From Giardia intestinalis (Eukaryota), in the NCBI GenBank assembly GCA_000002435.2, contig CM018791.1: a stretch of 64,000 bases of DNA, one strand, 5' to 3'. Positions within the stretch are counted from its first letter, which is position 1, and each line of letters starts with the position of its first letter. The notes under the pieces were generated by a model. That model did no database searches, had not been told where the DNA came from, and was given only the letters and a program-made list of their open reading frames with translations. This document shows, one piece after another, positions 40,049-50,407 of the stretch. The translations under genes were made by a program, and so were the position numbers.

Positions 40049-40960
40049 ATGCTCGATCGCCCGCCGTGCGTTGGCTTTGGAACATACCTTGTGGAGGACC
40101 CAGAGGCCATCAGAAGTGCAGTGAAGCTGGGATACAGACACTTCGATTGTGCCTACAGATATGGGAATGAACGCATGATCGGGGAAGTTTTCAAAGAAAT
40201 CTTCAACGATGACTCTTATGGCGTGAAGCGCGAGGATCTTTGGATTGTCTCTAAACTGTGGCCCAACTTTCACGAGCCAGAGAAGGTTGCTTATCAGATC
40301 TCTGAGACCCTTAGGGATCTTCAGCTGGAGTACCTGGATGTCTTTCTCATGCACTGGCCTCTTGCTATTAAGCACCTGGCTGACAGAGATTATGCTTCTT
40401 CAGATGGAAAGGGAGGGACTCTTCTAGGGACTACGCCAATTCGCAAAACATGGGAGGCAATGGAGGCTTGCGTGGACAAGAAGCAAACGCGCTTTATCGG
40501 AGTCTCAAATATGGGCACGGCTATGTTGGTGGACTTGCTCTCATACTGCAGAATTAAGCCCTTCACCAACCAGTTTGAGTCTCAGCCGTACTTTCCCAAC
40601 GATAGGTTAATCGAGTTCTGCAACAGCAACGGAATATATGTGACTGCATACAGGCCTCTGGGTGGGCGCTGCAGGGTTGATGCAAAAGCTCCTCTAACCG
40701 ATCCGGCTCTTGAGGAATTAGCAAAGAAGGCCAATCTGACGGTCAGTGAGCTTATTTTGGCATGGCACTGGACACGCTGGGGTACGAGTGGAACGTATTC
40801 TGTCATCCCGAAGTCTAGTGATCGAGAGAGACAAAAGCAGAACCTAGAGTCTGTTAAGCTAAGGTTGACACCTGACCAGATGGACGCTTTTGCTAGACTT
40901 GGGTGTGTTCATCAGCGTACATGCTTTACGTCATTTGCCTCAGTTCCTCTTTTTGATTGA
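40049..40960 (+). CDS. aldo-keto reductase (AKR superfamily, aldose/aldehyde reductase-like)
   Basis: Catalytic tetrad context: D-CAY-RYGNE (Asp/Tyr), IVSKLW (Lys) and MHWP (His). The length is 303 aa. The initiator tract tttgaaaataaaatcaactcaggATG precedes the start. Confidence 0.9.
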   Translation: MLDRPPCVGFGTYLVEDPEAIRSAVKLGYRHFDCAYRYGNERMIGEVFKEIFNDDSYGVKREDLWIVSKLWPNFHEPEKVAYQISETLRDLQLEYLDVFLMHWPLAIKHLADRDYASSDGKGGTLLGTTPIRKTWEAMEACVDKKQTRFIGVSNMGTAMLVDLLSYCRIKPFTNQFESQPYFPNDRLIEFCNSNGIYVTAYRPLGGRCRVDAKAPLTDPALEELAKKANLTVSELILAWHWTRWGTSGTYSVIPKSSDRERQKQNLESVKLRLTPDQMDAFARLGCVHQRTCFTSFASVPLFD

Positions 40961-40981
40961 CTCTTTAGTGTGAATCTTTAC

Positions 40982-42946
40982 ATGGGTGCGGGAGCCAGTT
41001 CTGTATCCGGGGCGCCGAGCGTTTCTCCTTGTGCCGTTACTGCTGCAGCTGTTCTGCAGCGTTTGGAGGGTGTCTCGATGGGTAAAGTCATCGAGGGCTG
41101 CGAACGAGGATGGCTAGCAAAAGCTCTGATGGGTGCACACCTATTGACTCCAGACTGCGTAGACATCTTTGAGAGGCCTCCGCCTATTCGAGGAGTCTAC
41201 GAGACCACGGCACTGATACAAGCAGTTAAAGAAAACGATGAGACCTTGTTTGACCAATATCTTACACAGCTCTCCTTCCGAACAAACAGCGGCCGCACTG
41301 CACTAATGTATGCTGCAGAACTAGGGCGCCAGCAGATGGCTGAGCGGTTGCTCGACGAGGCGGAGGTCGTTGATCTTTCCGGGAAAACTGCACTTATATA
41401 TGCACTCGAGGCAGGACACTACGACATAGCTGATATGTTAATCCCTTATGAAGTCGGGAAGGCTGGAGTTACAGATCTCATGTTTTATGCTCAAACAGGC
41501 AATCTAGATGCGTTACTAGCGGAACAAGATGATGCCCGCGCGCAGGATCTATCAGGTCATACTGCATTAATGGTTGCTGTTATACACAAAAATGTGAAGG
41601 TCGCAGAGCTGCTTCTTGAAGAAATGGCGTTAACGACCACAAAGGGGGTCACTGCACTGATGCTCGCAGCTCAGCGAGGCTATGGAGAGCTTGTGTATTT
41701 GCTAGCAACGTCTACATCGACGATAGAGCAGCCTACGGGGAAGTTCAGCAAGCGAACAGGACAGCAACGAATGCGGCCGGTCAAACTGAGAGAACTTAGT
41801 AATCAAACAAGAGACACGGGAGACTCTGCACTGATGTTCGCTGTTAAACGTGGAGACATTTTGGCAGCCTGTTGCCTTACAGAAGAATTGTATCTGCAAG
41901 ATTGTACTGGAAAGACAGCTCTGATGCATGCTGCAGAACGCGGAGACGCCGAAATGGTTAAGTTTCTATGCAGTTTGATGAAGAAAGGAGACCGTGTGCA
42001 AGTTGATAAGAAGGGCCGCACAGCTCTCATGTATGCAGCAGCGCAGAATTACAGAGCCGCAGCTGAGCAGCTTTTTCTCCGGGAACAACGGTTTCAAGAT
42101 AAATCCGGGCGCACAGCGCTCAGTTACGCACTTGAACATATGGCAGTCGATACAATATCTCTTCTTTCTCCAGCAAGCGTCGAAGGCCGCTTCTCTAAGA
42201 TAACTCAACTGATGATTGATGCTGCTTGTGGAAAGATATCAGAACCATTGACTCCTGCACAGCTCGTAGAGGTTCGCCAGCAGGATACGTCGGGTCGCAC
42301 AGCCCTTATGTACGCGGTTCTTGCAGGTCACACTAAAGCCATTGAGCACCTTTGCATAGAGGTGGAGGACTTTGCACATGGTCATGAGTCTGTCCTTCAA
42401 ATGTGCATTGAAGCACAGAAATTGAATTGTCTTCAAGTTCTCCTTCTACATGTGTATGAGGAAAACGTCCAGATCAACATCCCTAAGCTCAGTTTATCTA
42501 TCGTCGATTACGAGACAGACCTTTTGGCAGCAGCAGAGAAAAATGACTCCTTTGGGGCGCGTACTCACATTGACCAGGCTGGAAAACTTTGTAACGGCTG
42601 GACAGCTTTAATGACAGCTGCGTACAGGGGGCACATCGATATTGTAAAGCTTCTCCTTTGTGAGGTAAAGCTCCAGAACGAGAAGGGCTGGACAGCATTG
42701 ATGCTTGCTGTTCAGACAGCGCAATCAGAGGTTGTTCGGCTTCTTGCACGTTACGAGCTAGGGCTCAAGGATAATGAAGGAGAGACGGCTCTTGTGAAGG
42801 CTATTCGCTGGAATGCAATTGATATGATTGAAGTACTACTGCGTGAGAAGCACGTTCTCACGAACAATCGGCAAACAGCTCTTTCGGTTGCAATGGAAAT
42901 GGGAAATGAGGAGTGTCTTAAGCTTTTAAAGGCCCCGAAGCTCTGA
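40982..42946 (+). CDS. ankyrin-repeat protein (Giardia 'protein 21.1' family)
   Basis: The track start at 40970 is GTG, and the first ATG is at 40982. There are more than 12 tandem ankyrin repeats of the form G.TALM.A...G......LL. The gene lies 21 nt after the AKR stop. Confidence 0.85.
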   Translation: MGAGASSVSGAPSVSPCAVTAAAVLQRLEGVSMGKVIEGCERGWLAKALMGAHLLTPDCVDIFERPPPIRGVYETTALIQAVKENDETLFDQYLTQLSFRTNSGRTALMYAAELGRQQMAERLLDEAEVVDLSGKTALIYALEAGHYDIADMLIPYEVGKAGVTDLMFYAQTGNLDALLAEQDDARAQDLSGHTALMVAVIHKNVKVAELLLEEMALTTTKGVTALMLAAQRGYGELVYLLATSTSTIEQPTGKFSKRTGQQRMRPVKLRELSNQTRDTGDSALMFAVKRGDILAACCLTEELYLQDCTGKTALMHAAERGDAEMVKFLCSLMKKGDRVQVDKKGRTALMYAAAQNYRAAAEQLFLREQRFQDKSGRTALSYALEHMAVDTISLLSPASVEGRFSKITQLMIDAACGKISEPLTPAQLVEVRQQDTSGRTALMYAVLAGHTKAIEHLCIEVEDFAHGHESVLQMCIEAQKLNCLQVLLLHVYEENVQINIPKLSLSIVDYETDLLAAAEKNDSFGARTHIDQAGKLCNGWTALMTAAYRGHIDIVKLLLCEVKLQNEKGWTALMLAVQTAQSEVVRLLARYELGLKDNEGETALVKAIRWNAIDMIEVLLREKHVLTNNRQTALSVAMEMGNEECLKLLKAPKL

Positions 42947-44114
42947 GTGCACGGTCGTTGCGCTGTCGTTCTTCCAATTCAGTCTTTATCAAGTTTGCCT
43001 TGTCAATCTCATCAGCCATGAACGTAGTAATATCTTCTCGCACACAGCCGTCCATAGGGAGACGTTTTTTCGAGAAAGTAGAATAAATATTGGTTTCGCT
43101 TGTGACTATATCGTAGCGAACGTTGCCAATTGTGAGACTGTCTGTCCATGACCCTGAAACAAAGGATTTTTGGAGATTGTTTTTATCCATAATGCTTCCA
43201 TCTACATTATTAAGATTGTTCCGCCGCTGAAATCTGACCACGCACTCGAAAGCTGTATTAGTGTCTTCTCTATGATGCTCCGTGCTCTTCTGTAGAACAG
43301 GAATACGCGGGCACATCTCACTAAGTGAGGCATTCTCTTCGTAGTCGTATCCGCGTATTATAAGTTCTCCAGAGAAGAATCCCCATCGAACTCCCCATAA
43401 CAGTCCCACAAGGTGGAAGGTCGGAAATTCAAAGGTTATCCGTCTAGGGTTACCTGTCGCGAAGCAGATGCTATTGATTCCTTTTCGAACCACTTTCACT
43501 TTGTTCAGCCCTATGGACACGACAAGCTCGGCGCCACCAACGATTCTATAACCTGCATCGTCTTCGTATAGCGTATATAGACAGGTAGGCGGATGATTAG
43601 CAATCTGCTCTCCTGTTACGTCAACCTTTGCTTGATCCTCTCCCTGCTTGACGAGCAAGCAGTCTTCATAACATTCGCCTATGATAGGATTGAACGCTTT
43701 GTGCTGGTCTACAACAGTTGGGTATAGACAGCCGATCACATATGCCACACACAGCTCAAAACGCTCCAAACCAGATACAAGGCTTGCTCGTTGCAAAAAC
43801 GACAGATTGCTGAGTAACTGTTGGGTGAGCTGTTGGATCTGAGACATAGGCACCCAAACGAGTTTCTTGATTGGAATGGACCGCCTCATGATGTTTTCAC
43901 CTCCAAAAAGACTCTTCCCGAAGTTTGCAATGCACTCTCTGGTAAGTGCCCGCTGGGCCTTGGTTAGCTCTGTGTCAGTGATCATGAAGCCTCCTTTGCT
44001 TGTCAATGAGGCGGCTATAGACACGGGGCGACTGCCTGAGATAGAGGGAGTGCTTGTTGTTGACTGATCTTCTACACTCATTAAAAATTTCCAGTTAGGG
44101 CCCTTCCTCAGCAT
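42918..44114 (-). CDS. oxysterol-binding protein-related protein (ORD ligand-binding domain)
   Basis: The motif KAFNPIIGECYE matches KPFNPLLGET, and the signature EQIANHPP is a variant of the OSBP fingerprint EQVSHHPP. The 3' end overlaps the ankyrin gene by 29 nt. Confidence 0.8.
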   Translation of the reverse strand: MLRKGPNWKFLMSVEDQSTTSTPSISGSRPVSIAASLTSKGGFMITDTELTKAQRALTRECIANFGKSLFGGENIMRRSIPIKKLVWVPMSQIQQLTQQLLSNLSFLQRASLVSGLERFELCVAYVIGCLYPTVVDQHKAFNPIIGECYEDCLLVKQGEDQAKVDVTGEQIANHPPTCLYTLYEDDAGYRIVGGAELVVSIGLNKVKVVRKGINSICFATGNPRRITFEFPTFHLVGLLWGVRWGFFSGELIIRGYDYEENASLSEMCPRIPVLQKSTEHHREDTNTAFECVVRFQRRNNLNNVDGSIMDKNNLQKSFVSGSWTDSLTIGNVRYDIVTSETNIYSTFSKKRLPMDGCVREDITTFMADEIDKANLIKTELEERQRNDRALRASGPLKA

Positions 44115-44384
44115 CCTTCATATACCTCATAGAGTTGGCAACGAGCGTCGCATGCTTGGGTAGGATTTTTAATTTTTAAAATCATTGTCAATAGTCTATG
44201 GCTTTTGAATTAGATTGTTTAAAAGTCAATGAACTTTAGACACATTGATGCGTTAATGTGGCCATCATCCAGCGAGCACTCACCTTTGTGGATTGCGGCT
44301 GTGCTGTAGAATCATCACGATGCTAAACCAAGCTATCAGACAGACCTGATTCATGCACCTAAGGTCTTGCCCCCGAAATAAAAA

Positions 44385-46250
44385 ATGTCAGAGTCGAGCT
44401 TCGCTAACGTGCTGGTTCGCCGCTTCTTCGTGGTTCCCGCTTTTGAGATATATGGCGGGGTAGCAGGCCTGTATGATCTTGGACCCTCTACGACGGAGTT
44501 GCGCAACAATTTCCTGAGCATGTGGCGCCAACACTTTGTCGTCGCTGAAGATATGCTCGAGATAATGTGCACCAATATTGTTCCAGATAAGGTACTACAA
44601 GCATCAGGGCACGTCGCCCGCTTTGCCGATGTGATGGTGAAGGATACTAAAAACGGAGAGTGCTTCAGAGCAGATAAGCTTATAGAGAGTTATCTAGAGA
44701 AGAAGTTGGCGGCAGAAGGCAAGTCACTTGATGAAGACCAACAGAAAGCCCTCAATTCTCTTTTGAACTCCGTTGACGGGGCATCTCCCGAGGTAATCAA
44801 GGAGCTTATTCAATCCATGCATGTCCTTTCTCCATCAGGAAATCCGCTCAGTGACCCCTTCCCCTTCAATCTTATGTTTCAGACCAACATAGGGCCATCT
44901 GCTGGGTCGACCGTCTATCTAAGGCCTGAGACTGCACAAGGCATATTCATGAACTTTAAGCGCGGCTTAGAACAGGCCAAGCAGCTTCCATTTGCCATGG
45001 CGCAGGTTGGAACAGTTTTTCGCAATGAGATAAGTCCACGGAACTCACTACTGAGAGTTCGTGAATTCGAACAGTGTGAGATTGAGCATTTCATAGATGG
45101 CACACCAGACAGTTTCCGCCATCCAAAGATTAGTACAGTCGCCTGGTGCTACGTAGAGCTCTTTACGGCGGATGACCAGCTAGCAGGCCTGCCCTGCGGT
45201 AAGAAAATGTCGATCCAGAACGCCCTCGACAACAAGGTTCTGGCGCACGAAACCATGGCATACTTTATCGGTCGCACATACCTCTTTCTACTGAAGTTGG
45301 GGCTCGATCCTGCTCGCCTAAGGTTCAGACAACACCTTCCAAAGCAGCTTGCACACTATGCAAGAGACTGCTGGGACTGTGACTGCCTCCTCTCGTGTGG
45401 ATGGACGGAGATTGTCGGAATCGCAGACCGTTCAGCCTATGACCTCCAGGTTCACAGTAAGGCCTCAGGGGTTGACCTGACATGTTTTCTCAAATATCCC
45501 GAGCCGCGTGAGGTAAGCTACAATATTTGCACATTGAAGATGAAGGAGTGCGCAAAAGTATTCAAGCAGGACGTTAACCTTATTCGCTCCACAATTGAGG
45601 CCATTCAGGGCGAGGACTTGGAGGTTTTGAAAGCAGAACTGCAAAGTACAGGCTCGTATACACTTCGTATTCCGGGAAAGGACGGAGAAGCTGAGAAGGA
45701 CTTTGAAATTCTTCCCAATTATGTGCAGTTCAACTGCGACACTAAGATGTTGCATGGCGAGTCTATTGTGCCCCACGTTATCGAGCCTTCCTTCGGGGTT
45801 GGCAGGATCCTTTATTCGATTCTAGAGCATTCCTTCTATACACGCAATATAGACGAGCAGCGCACCGTCTTCCGTTTCAAACCCTATTTAGTGGGGTGCA
45901 AAGCCATTGTTTTACCTCTTCAGAGGAATGATGATCTCCTGTCAACAAGTTCTCACGTGCTGGAGAGGCTGAGGCGTAGTGGAATAGCAGCAAAGCAAGA
46001 TGCAACAGGGGCGCCCATTGGTAGGCGCTACGCGCGTGCCGATGAGATCGGGATACCTTTCGCCGTGACCATCGATTTTCAAACTTTAGAGGATGGTAGT
46101 GTAACGATAAGGGAGCGCGATAGTATGGACCAAATTCGTGTGGGCTCAAAGCAACTCTCACAAGTGATAGCTAATCTCTCATCAGGAAAGGTCCAATGGA
46201 GCACTGTGTATAAACATTTCCCACGTTGCGAAGCAACCAACGCCGAGTAA
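44385..46250 (+). CDS. glycyl-tRNA synthetase (class II, eukaryotic/archaeal type)
   Basis: The N-terminus FVVPAFEIYGGVAGLYDLGPSTTELRNNFLSMWRQHFVVAEDMLEI...SGHVARFADVMVKD aligns with the conserved GlyRS block PSFEIYGGVSGLYDFGP...W..HF..EE.ILEI...SGHV.KFAD.MVKD. A C-terminal anticodon-binding domain is present. The initiator tract cccgaaataaaaaATG precedes the start. Confidence 0.9.
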   Translation: MSESSFANVLVRRFFVVPAFEIYGGVAGLYDLGPSTTELRNNFLSMWRQHFVVAEDMLEIMCTNIVPDKVLQASGHVARFADVMVKDTKNGECFRADKLIESYLEKKLAAEGKSLDEDQQKALNSLLNSVDGASPEVIKELIQSMHVLSPSGNPLSDPFPFNLMFQTNIGPSAGSTVYLRPETAQGIFMNFKRGLEQAKQLPFAMAQVGTVFRNEISPRNSLLRVREFEQCEIEHFIDGTPDSFRHPKISTVAWCYVELFTADDQLAGLPCGKKMSIQNALDNKVLAHETMAYFIGRTYLFLLKLGLDPARLRFRQHLPKQLAHYARDCWDCDCLLSCGWTEIVGIADRSAYDLQVHSKASGVDLTCFLKYPEPREVSYNICTLKMKECAKVFKQDVNLIRSTIEAIQGEDLEVLKAELQSTGSYTLRIPGKDGEAEKDFEILPNYVQFNCDTKMLHGESIVPHVIEPSFGVGRILYSILEHSFYTRNIDEQRTVFRFKPYLVGCKAIVLPLQRNDDLLSTSSHVLERLRRSGIAAKQDATGAPIGRRYARADEIGIPFAVTIDFQTLEDGSVTIRERDSMDQIRVGSKQLSQVIANLSSGKVQWSTVYKHFPRCEATNAE

Positions 46251-46316
46251 AGTCGCCAGTTTACCTGCGTCTGCCCGGTTTCTGGGAGATTTTGTTCTAA
46301 AAATTTGAAAAACAGA

Positions 46317-49300
46317 ATGCAGCACGCACCATTTCGACAGAGATACGAAACCCTGGAGCATATAGGCACAGGGCAGTATAGCAAGGTATTCAAAGTGAGG
46401 GAAAAATCGACAGGAGCTCTGTTGGCCTGCAAGGAAATAGATTACGGATCCTTACCTCCTGAAACAAGTGCAGCTCTAACAAAAGCAATCGAAGATACGG
46501 CTGTCACGTTGAAGAGTATCCTGCATAAGCATATCATCCGCTACCATGAAGTCCTTCATGATAAGGCAGGGAAAACATATAGAATAATTATGCCGTATTA
46601 TGAGCTTCAAGACCTACAAACATATGCTGAAATGCTCCGAGAAGATGGAGAGGTTATTCTGGAGCAAGGACTCTGGGTGATACTGAGCCAGTTAATAAGC
46701 GTGCTCGACTATCTCCACTCGGACAGAGACTGTGACGGTGGTATGGTTCATTTGAACATAAATCCGTCTAATATTTTGCTCACAGACGACTTCAATGTGA
46801 TTTTGACAGGGTTCACCAACTCTGTGTCTCTAAGTAGGATGCACTCAGCCCGTGTTCTGACAGGAAAGCTTTCTTACTGCGCTCCTGAGGTGCTTCAAGG
46901 TCAGGATTATGGGCCTGCAGTAGATATCTGGGCACTTGGATGTACAATTTACGAGCTAGCTACATCTTCGTCCCTCTTTTTAGGAGTAACACCATCTGCA
47001 TTGTTGCAGGCCATCAATGAATGTGACATTAGCACACTTTCACTTAAGAACTACTCTGTTGAACTCTCTAGTGTCTTAAAATCGATGATTAGTTACAACG
47101 CTCAACAGCGGATCACTGCTGCACAGCTGTGTACTCATCCAAAGATAGTCTTCTACCTCACACACAATATCCAACTTCAAGGGATATCTGTTGCACATCC
47201 TGAGTTAGCCAATGCGTCAACAGCCCCTCAGTCTCAGTATCGCTCAAACCTGATCCAACTAAATCAAGACCCCATTCCAGCTGCTCCACCTTTTACACTT
47301 AATAAGGCAGATTTCATCGCAAAGCCTCCGCCAGACTCGCTGCTTCTTGCAGACCAAACTATTGGTGAACAGAGTTACCTCAGCTATGCCCCGGCAAAGG
47401 CTAGCTCACGCATCCGAAGTACGTCCACGGGCCGTAGAACTGACAAAGGGAATGATAAGCCTGGCGATAGCATTATATCTATGTTAACTAGTGGACGAAG
47501 AGCCTCGTCCAGAGGCGTTCACCAAGCGCCAGAGCCTTTATCTGCATATTCGACCATGGCTGAGTCCACTATAGGGCAAGAAGGACCTACACGCGCTGGA
47601 TCGGGGCTTGCTGGGCGCTCTCGTGCCCCAAGCACTCACCATCACGACACAATTCTGGAAAGATCCATCGATGCGCCCCTCACTGCGTCTCAGGCCATAG
47701 TATCGCGCATAAAAGCTTATCAGCACAATGGAACAGAGCCTAACACCATGCTTAGTGAGGTGCCGAGCCCAGAGATAATCAAGGAACAAAAGATTCGCCG
47801 AGTATCGCAGTCCCTAGTTCAAGATGAGCTGGCCTATGGCGTGACCCCCTCTAGGCAGCTCTTGCAGACTCGTTGTAATCCAGAAGGAGAAGTCATGAGT
47901 GCTTTTGCTGATGATCCTACAGAGCTTATTGCAAGCCACCTGAGCCCCCATGTTGTTCGAATAAGGGCTGCCAGAGATGGCGGAACAGAGGTGGTGCAAA
48001 CGACAAATAGTGCGGGAGAGGCCGTGCCTCGTTACCAGGTGCACAGCAGTAGCAGAGAATCCCCAAAGACCTCTGTACAAAGTAGAAGATCTTCCCCTAC
48101 TGCCACCGGAATCCCAAGTAGTTCTCACCTAAGGAAAACATCCCCCAGTGGGACTCCCCAGCTGACCATGTCTACCAGAAAGCAGGTGGCTGACAATCAA
48201 GAGATGCTGCGATGTTATCCAATTGATTACGTCAATTCTGTTAACTTGGCCAATCAGCGGAGGACACCAACATCTGGTAATCAACTTGCGTATTCAGCGC
48301 ACGTGGAGCCAATGAGCGGCCATGTTCCGTATCCTCTGCCCCAGGGCAATGACATTTATGGGCCCTATTCCACAGGACCTGCACAGTATTACAACGTTCC
48401 TCTCAACTCGGGACTTCAAGGTACAGGACAGCTTTATGTGCCAAACGACCTGCAAGCGTTCAAGCAGGCCGAACTCAATTTCTCAGAGAGCAACACCGGA
48501 AGTGATGTCACAAAGACTATCCAGTTCATAGACGCACAGGCTTACACAGCAGATGCGCTACCATATACAGATCTGATGAAGGCAGTGATTAAAAACGACA
48601 TCAAGGGTGTTAAGACTGCCATCTCAGCAGATGCCGGGAAGAGTCTCCCAGGTGGAATCACAGCGCTCATGATTGCTGCCAACATGGGCCATGTCGAGTG
48701 CGTTAAGATGTTAGTGGCCAAGGAGGGAGGAATGCGGCAAAAGGATGGGACGACAGCTCTAATGGAGGCCGTTCAGAAGAAGCATGCAGAAGTGATCAAG
48801 CATTTGATGAAGAAAGAGGCTGGAATGCGGCGTAGCGACGGGTGGACATCACTAATGTACTGTGCGCAGCATGATCTGGTAACAATAGGGAAGCAGCTGA
48901 TGGCAAAAGAGGCAGGTCTCCAGACTATCTCAGGGGTTACAGCGCTAATGATCGCCTGCGAACACGATAACCTAGAGCTGGCCGCTGTGCTCCTAAAGGA
49001 GGCTGGGAAACACGCCGTTAATGGCTGGACGGCTCTCATGAGCGCTTGTGAGCACAATCATACAGACCTCGCTTTGAAGCTTGCCCCAAAGGAGGCGGGA
49101 AAGGTCAAGGTGGATGGGTGGACAGCTCTGATGAGCGCAGCTAGAAACGGAAACATCAAGGTTGCTAAGGCCCTGAAGAAGAAGGAGGTGAAGTGCATGA
49201 AGAACGACGGCTCCTCAGCGCTAATGTGGGCGGCAAGTGTAGGGAACGTGGAAATGGTGAAGCTTTTGATGAACGAGGAACGGCACATTCGAACCGTAAC

Positions 49301-49466
49301 TGGTAAAACAGCATTCGACTTTGCTGAGGAGGCAGATAATCGCGAGGTGATGAAGCTTCTTCGTCCAGATCTATTTGACAAATCTGGGGCATATATAAAA
49401 GGAGCAAGTAGCCAGACCGCAAGCACAGTGCAAACGACAAAGAGCACCAAGAAAGGGAAGAGATAG
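46317..49466 (+). CDS. NEK-type protein kinase-like protein with C-terminal ankyrin repeats; predicted pseudokinase
   Basis: The track start at 46305 is TTG, and the first ATG is at 46317. The kinase fold is present (IGTGQYSKV, ACKEI, APE), but HRD is replaced by HLNINPSN and DFG by TGF. Seven or more ankyrin repeats (G.TALM.A) sit in the last about 350 aa. Confidence 0.85.
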   Translation: MQHAPFRQRYETLEHIGTGQYSKVFKVREKSTGALLACKEIDYGSLPPETSAALTKAIEDTAVTLKSILHKHIIRYHEVLHDKAGKTYRIIMPYYELQDLQTYAEMLREDGEVILEQGLWVILSQLISVLDYLHSDRDCDGGMVHLNINPSNILLTDDFNVILTGFTNSVSLSRMHSARVLTGKLSYCAPEVLQGQDYGPAVDIWALGCTIYELATSSSLFLGVTPSALLQAINECDISTLSLKNYSVELSSVLKSMISYNAQQRITAAQLCTHPKIVFYLTHNIQLQGISVAHPELANASTAPQSQYRSNLIQLNQDPIPAAPPFTLNKADFIAKPPPDSLLLADQTIGEQSYLSYAPAKASSRIRSTSTGRRTDKGNDKPGDSIISMLTSGRRASSRGVHQAPEPLSAYSTMAESTIGQEGPTRAGSGLAGRSRAPSTHHHDTILERSIDAPLTASQAIVSRIKAYQHNGTEPNTMLSEVPSPEIIKEQKIRRVSQSLVQDELAYGVTPSRQLLQTRCNPEGEVMSAFADDPTELIASHLSPHVVRIRAARDGGTEVVQTTNSAGEAVPRYQVHSSSRESPKTSVQSRRSSPTATGIPSSSHLRKTSPSGTPQLTMSTRKQVADNQEMLRCYPIDYVNSVNLANQRRTPTSGNQLAYSAHVEPMSGHVPYPLPQGNDIYGPYSTGPAQYYNVPLNSGLQGTGQLYVPNDLQAFKQAELNFSESNTGSDVTKTIQFIDAQAYTADALPYTDLMKAVIKNDIKGVKTAISADAGKSLPGGITALMIAANMGHVECVKMLVAKEGGMRQKDGTTALMEAVQKKHAEVIKHLMKKEAGMRRSDGWTSLMYCAQHDLVTIGKQLMAKEAGLQTISGVTALMIACEHDNLELAAVLLKEAGKHAVNGWTALMSACEHNHTDLALKLAPKEAGKVKVDGWTALMSAARNGNIKVAKALKKKEVKCMKNDGSSALMWAASVGNVEMVKLLMNEERHIRTVTGKTAFDFAEEADNREVMKLLRPDLFDKSGAYIKGASSQTASTVQTTKSTKKGKR

Positions 49467-49544
49467 CAATTTACTCCCAAAACGTTGAATACCGAAGTAA
49501 ACTAAAAACCGAAATATTATAAATCAACCGAATACATTAATGCG

Positions 49545-50000
49545 TCAGCACGCAGTTTGAAACTGAAATCCCGGGGGGCATCTGTTTTTGAAGTCCTTGC
49601 TCGAAACTTGGACGTCCCAGCCCAGGTGGTCAAGAAAACTGTTTTTCAGGGTTCTAATAGTGGCGTCCGTGACTCCACTGACAAATATATTTACCCAAAG
49701 ATGTACATCGTACGGCTCGTCATCCAAAAATTCAGATGAAACGATGACAGCTGTTTGGAAAAGGAGATTGATGGTGGACCCAGTAAGTTTATAACCGAGG
49801 CGCGCAAGCTTATCCAAAAGACAAAGAGCATACAAAATCATTACCGTCACATCTCTACCGTTGTACTCTGTATTTTCAATCATATTGGCAACCAGGGTGG
49901 TGACCATAGTGTGAGTCCCGCGGGGAAGGTGGTCGGAGGTCAGCTCCCCAAGACAATTGATAATATGCTTGAAGAAGGACTTACCTATGGCACTAGACAT
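49545..50000 (-). CDS. Pho80-like (PCL-type) cyclin, 151 aa
   Basis: The segment LLDKLARLGY...EFLDDEPYDVHLWVNIFVSGVTDATIRTLKNSFLDHLGWDVQVSSKDF fits the Pho80-type cyclin box pattern (D..Y.N..WA.V.G.......N.LE..FL..L.W.L.V....F). Confidence 0.5.
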   Translation of the reverse strand: MSSAIGKSFFKHIINCLGELTSDHLPRGTHTMVTTLVANMIENTEYNGRDVTVMILYALCLLDKLARLGYKLTGSTINLLFQTAVIVSSEFLDDEPYDVHLWVNIFVSGVTDATIRTLKNSFLDHLGWDVQVSSKDFKNRCPPGFQFQTAC

Positions 50001-50020
50001 TTTTGGATAGTTTTATTTTG

Positions 50021-50407
50021 ATGAAGGCGTTTCTCAGTGATTTACAGTTTAGTAGCTTAACGAGGGAGGAGCCTTCAGTCATCCAAGCTTCAGTCATAGA
50101 CAAGATCGTCAATGCATACTACAGCAAGGAGACTCAGCCATCGGCGGGGCCGACCGATTTGGTAACGCAGTTGATGCAAAACGATGCTAAGCTCATGGCA
50201 GAGATAGAGAGCCTCCAGTCCACCCTCAGCGTTGCTCTAGCGCGAATGCGTGAGCTAGAACTGCAGAACTCAGAACTCATGAAGCGTGTCTTGCAATTGC
50301 AAGCATCTCCTGATAGGGTGGCCGGAAAGACGCGGTCAGCACAAGACAGCTACGTCTTGACAGATGACTTAACAGTTCACAGCCTGCACATGTCTCCTCT
50401 TGTATGA
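50021..50407 (+). CDS. possible small coiled-coil protein (about 128 aa)
   Basis: The track ORF 50003.. starts on TTG, and the first ATG is at 50021, preceded by ttttattttgATG. It is divergent from the cyclin gene. Its C-terminal half is coiled-coil-like (LMAEIESLQSTLSVALARMRELELQNSELMKRVLQLQ). Confidence 0.35.
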   Translation: MKAFLSDLQFSSLTREEPSVIQASVIDKIVNAYYSKETQPSAGPTDLVTQLMQNDAKLMAEIESLQSTLSVALARMRELELQNSELMKRVLQLQASPDRVAGKTRSAQDSYVLTDDLTVHSLHMSPLV

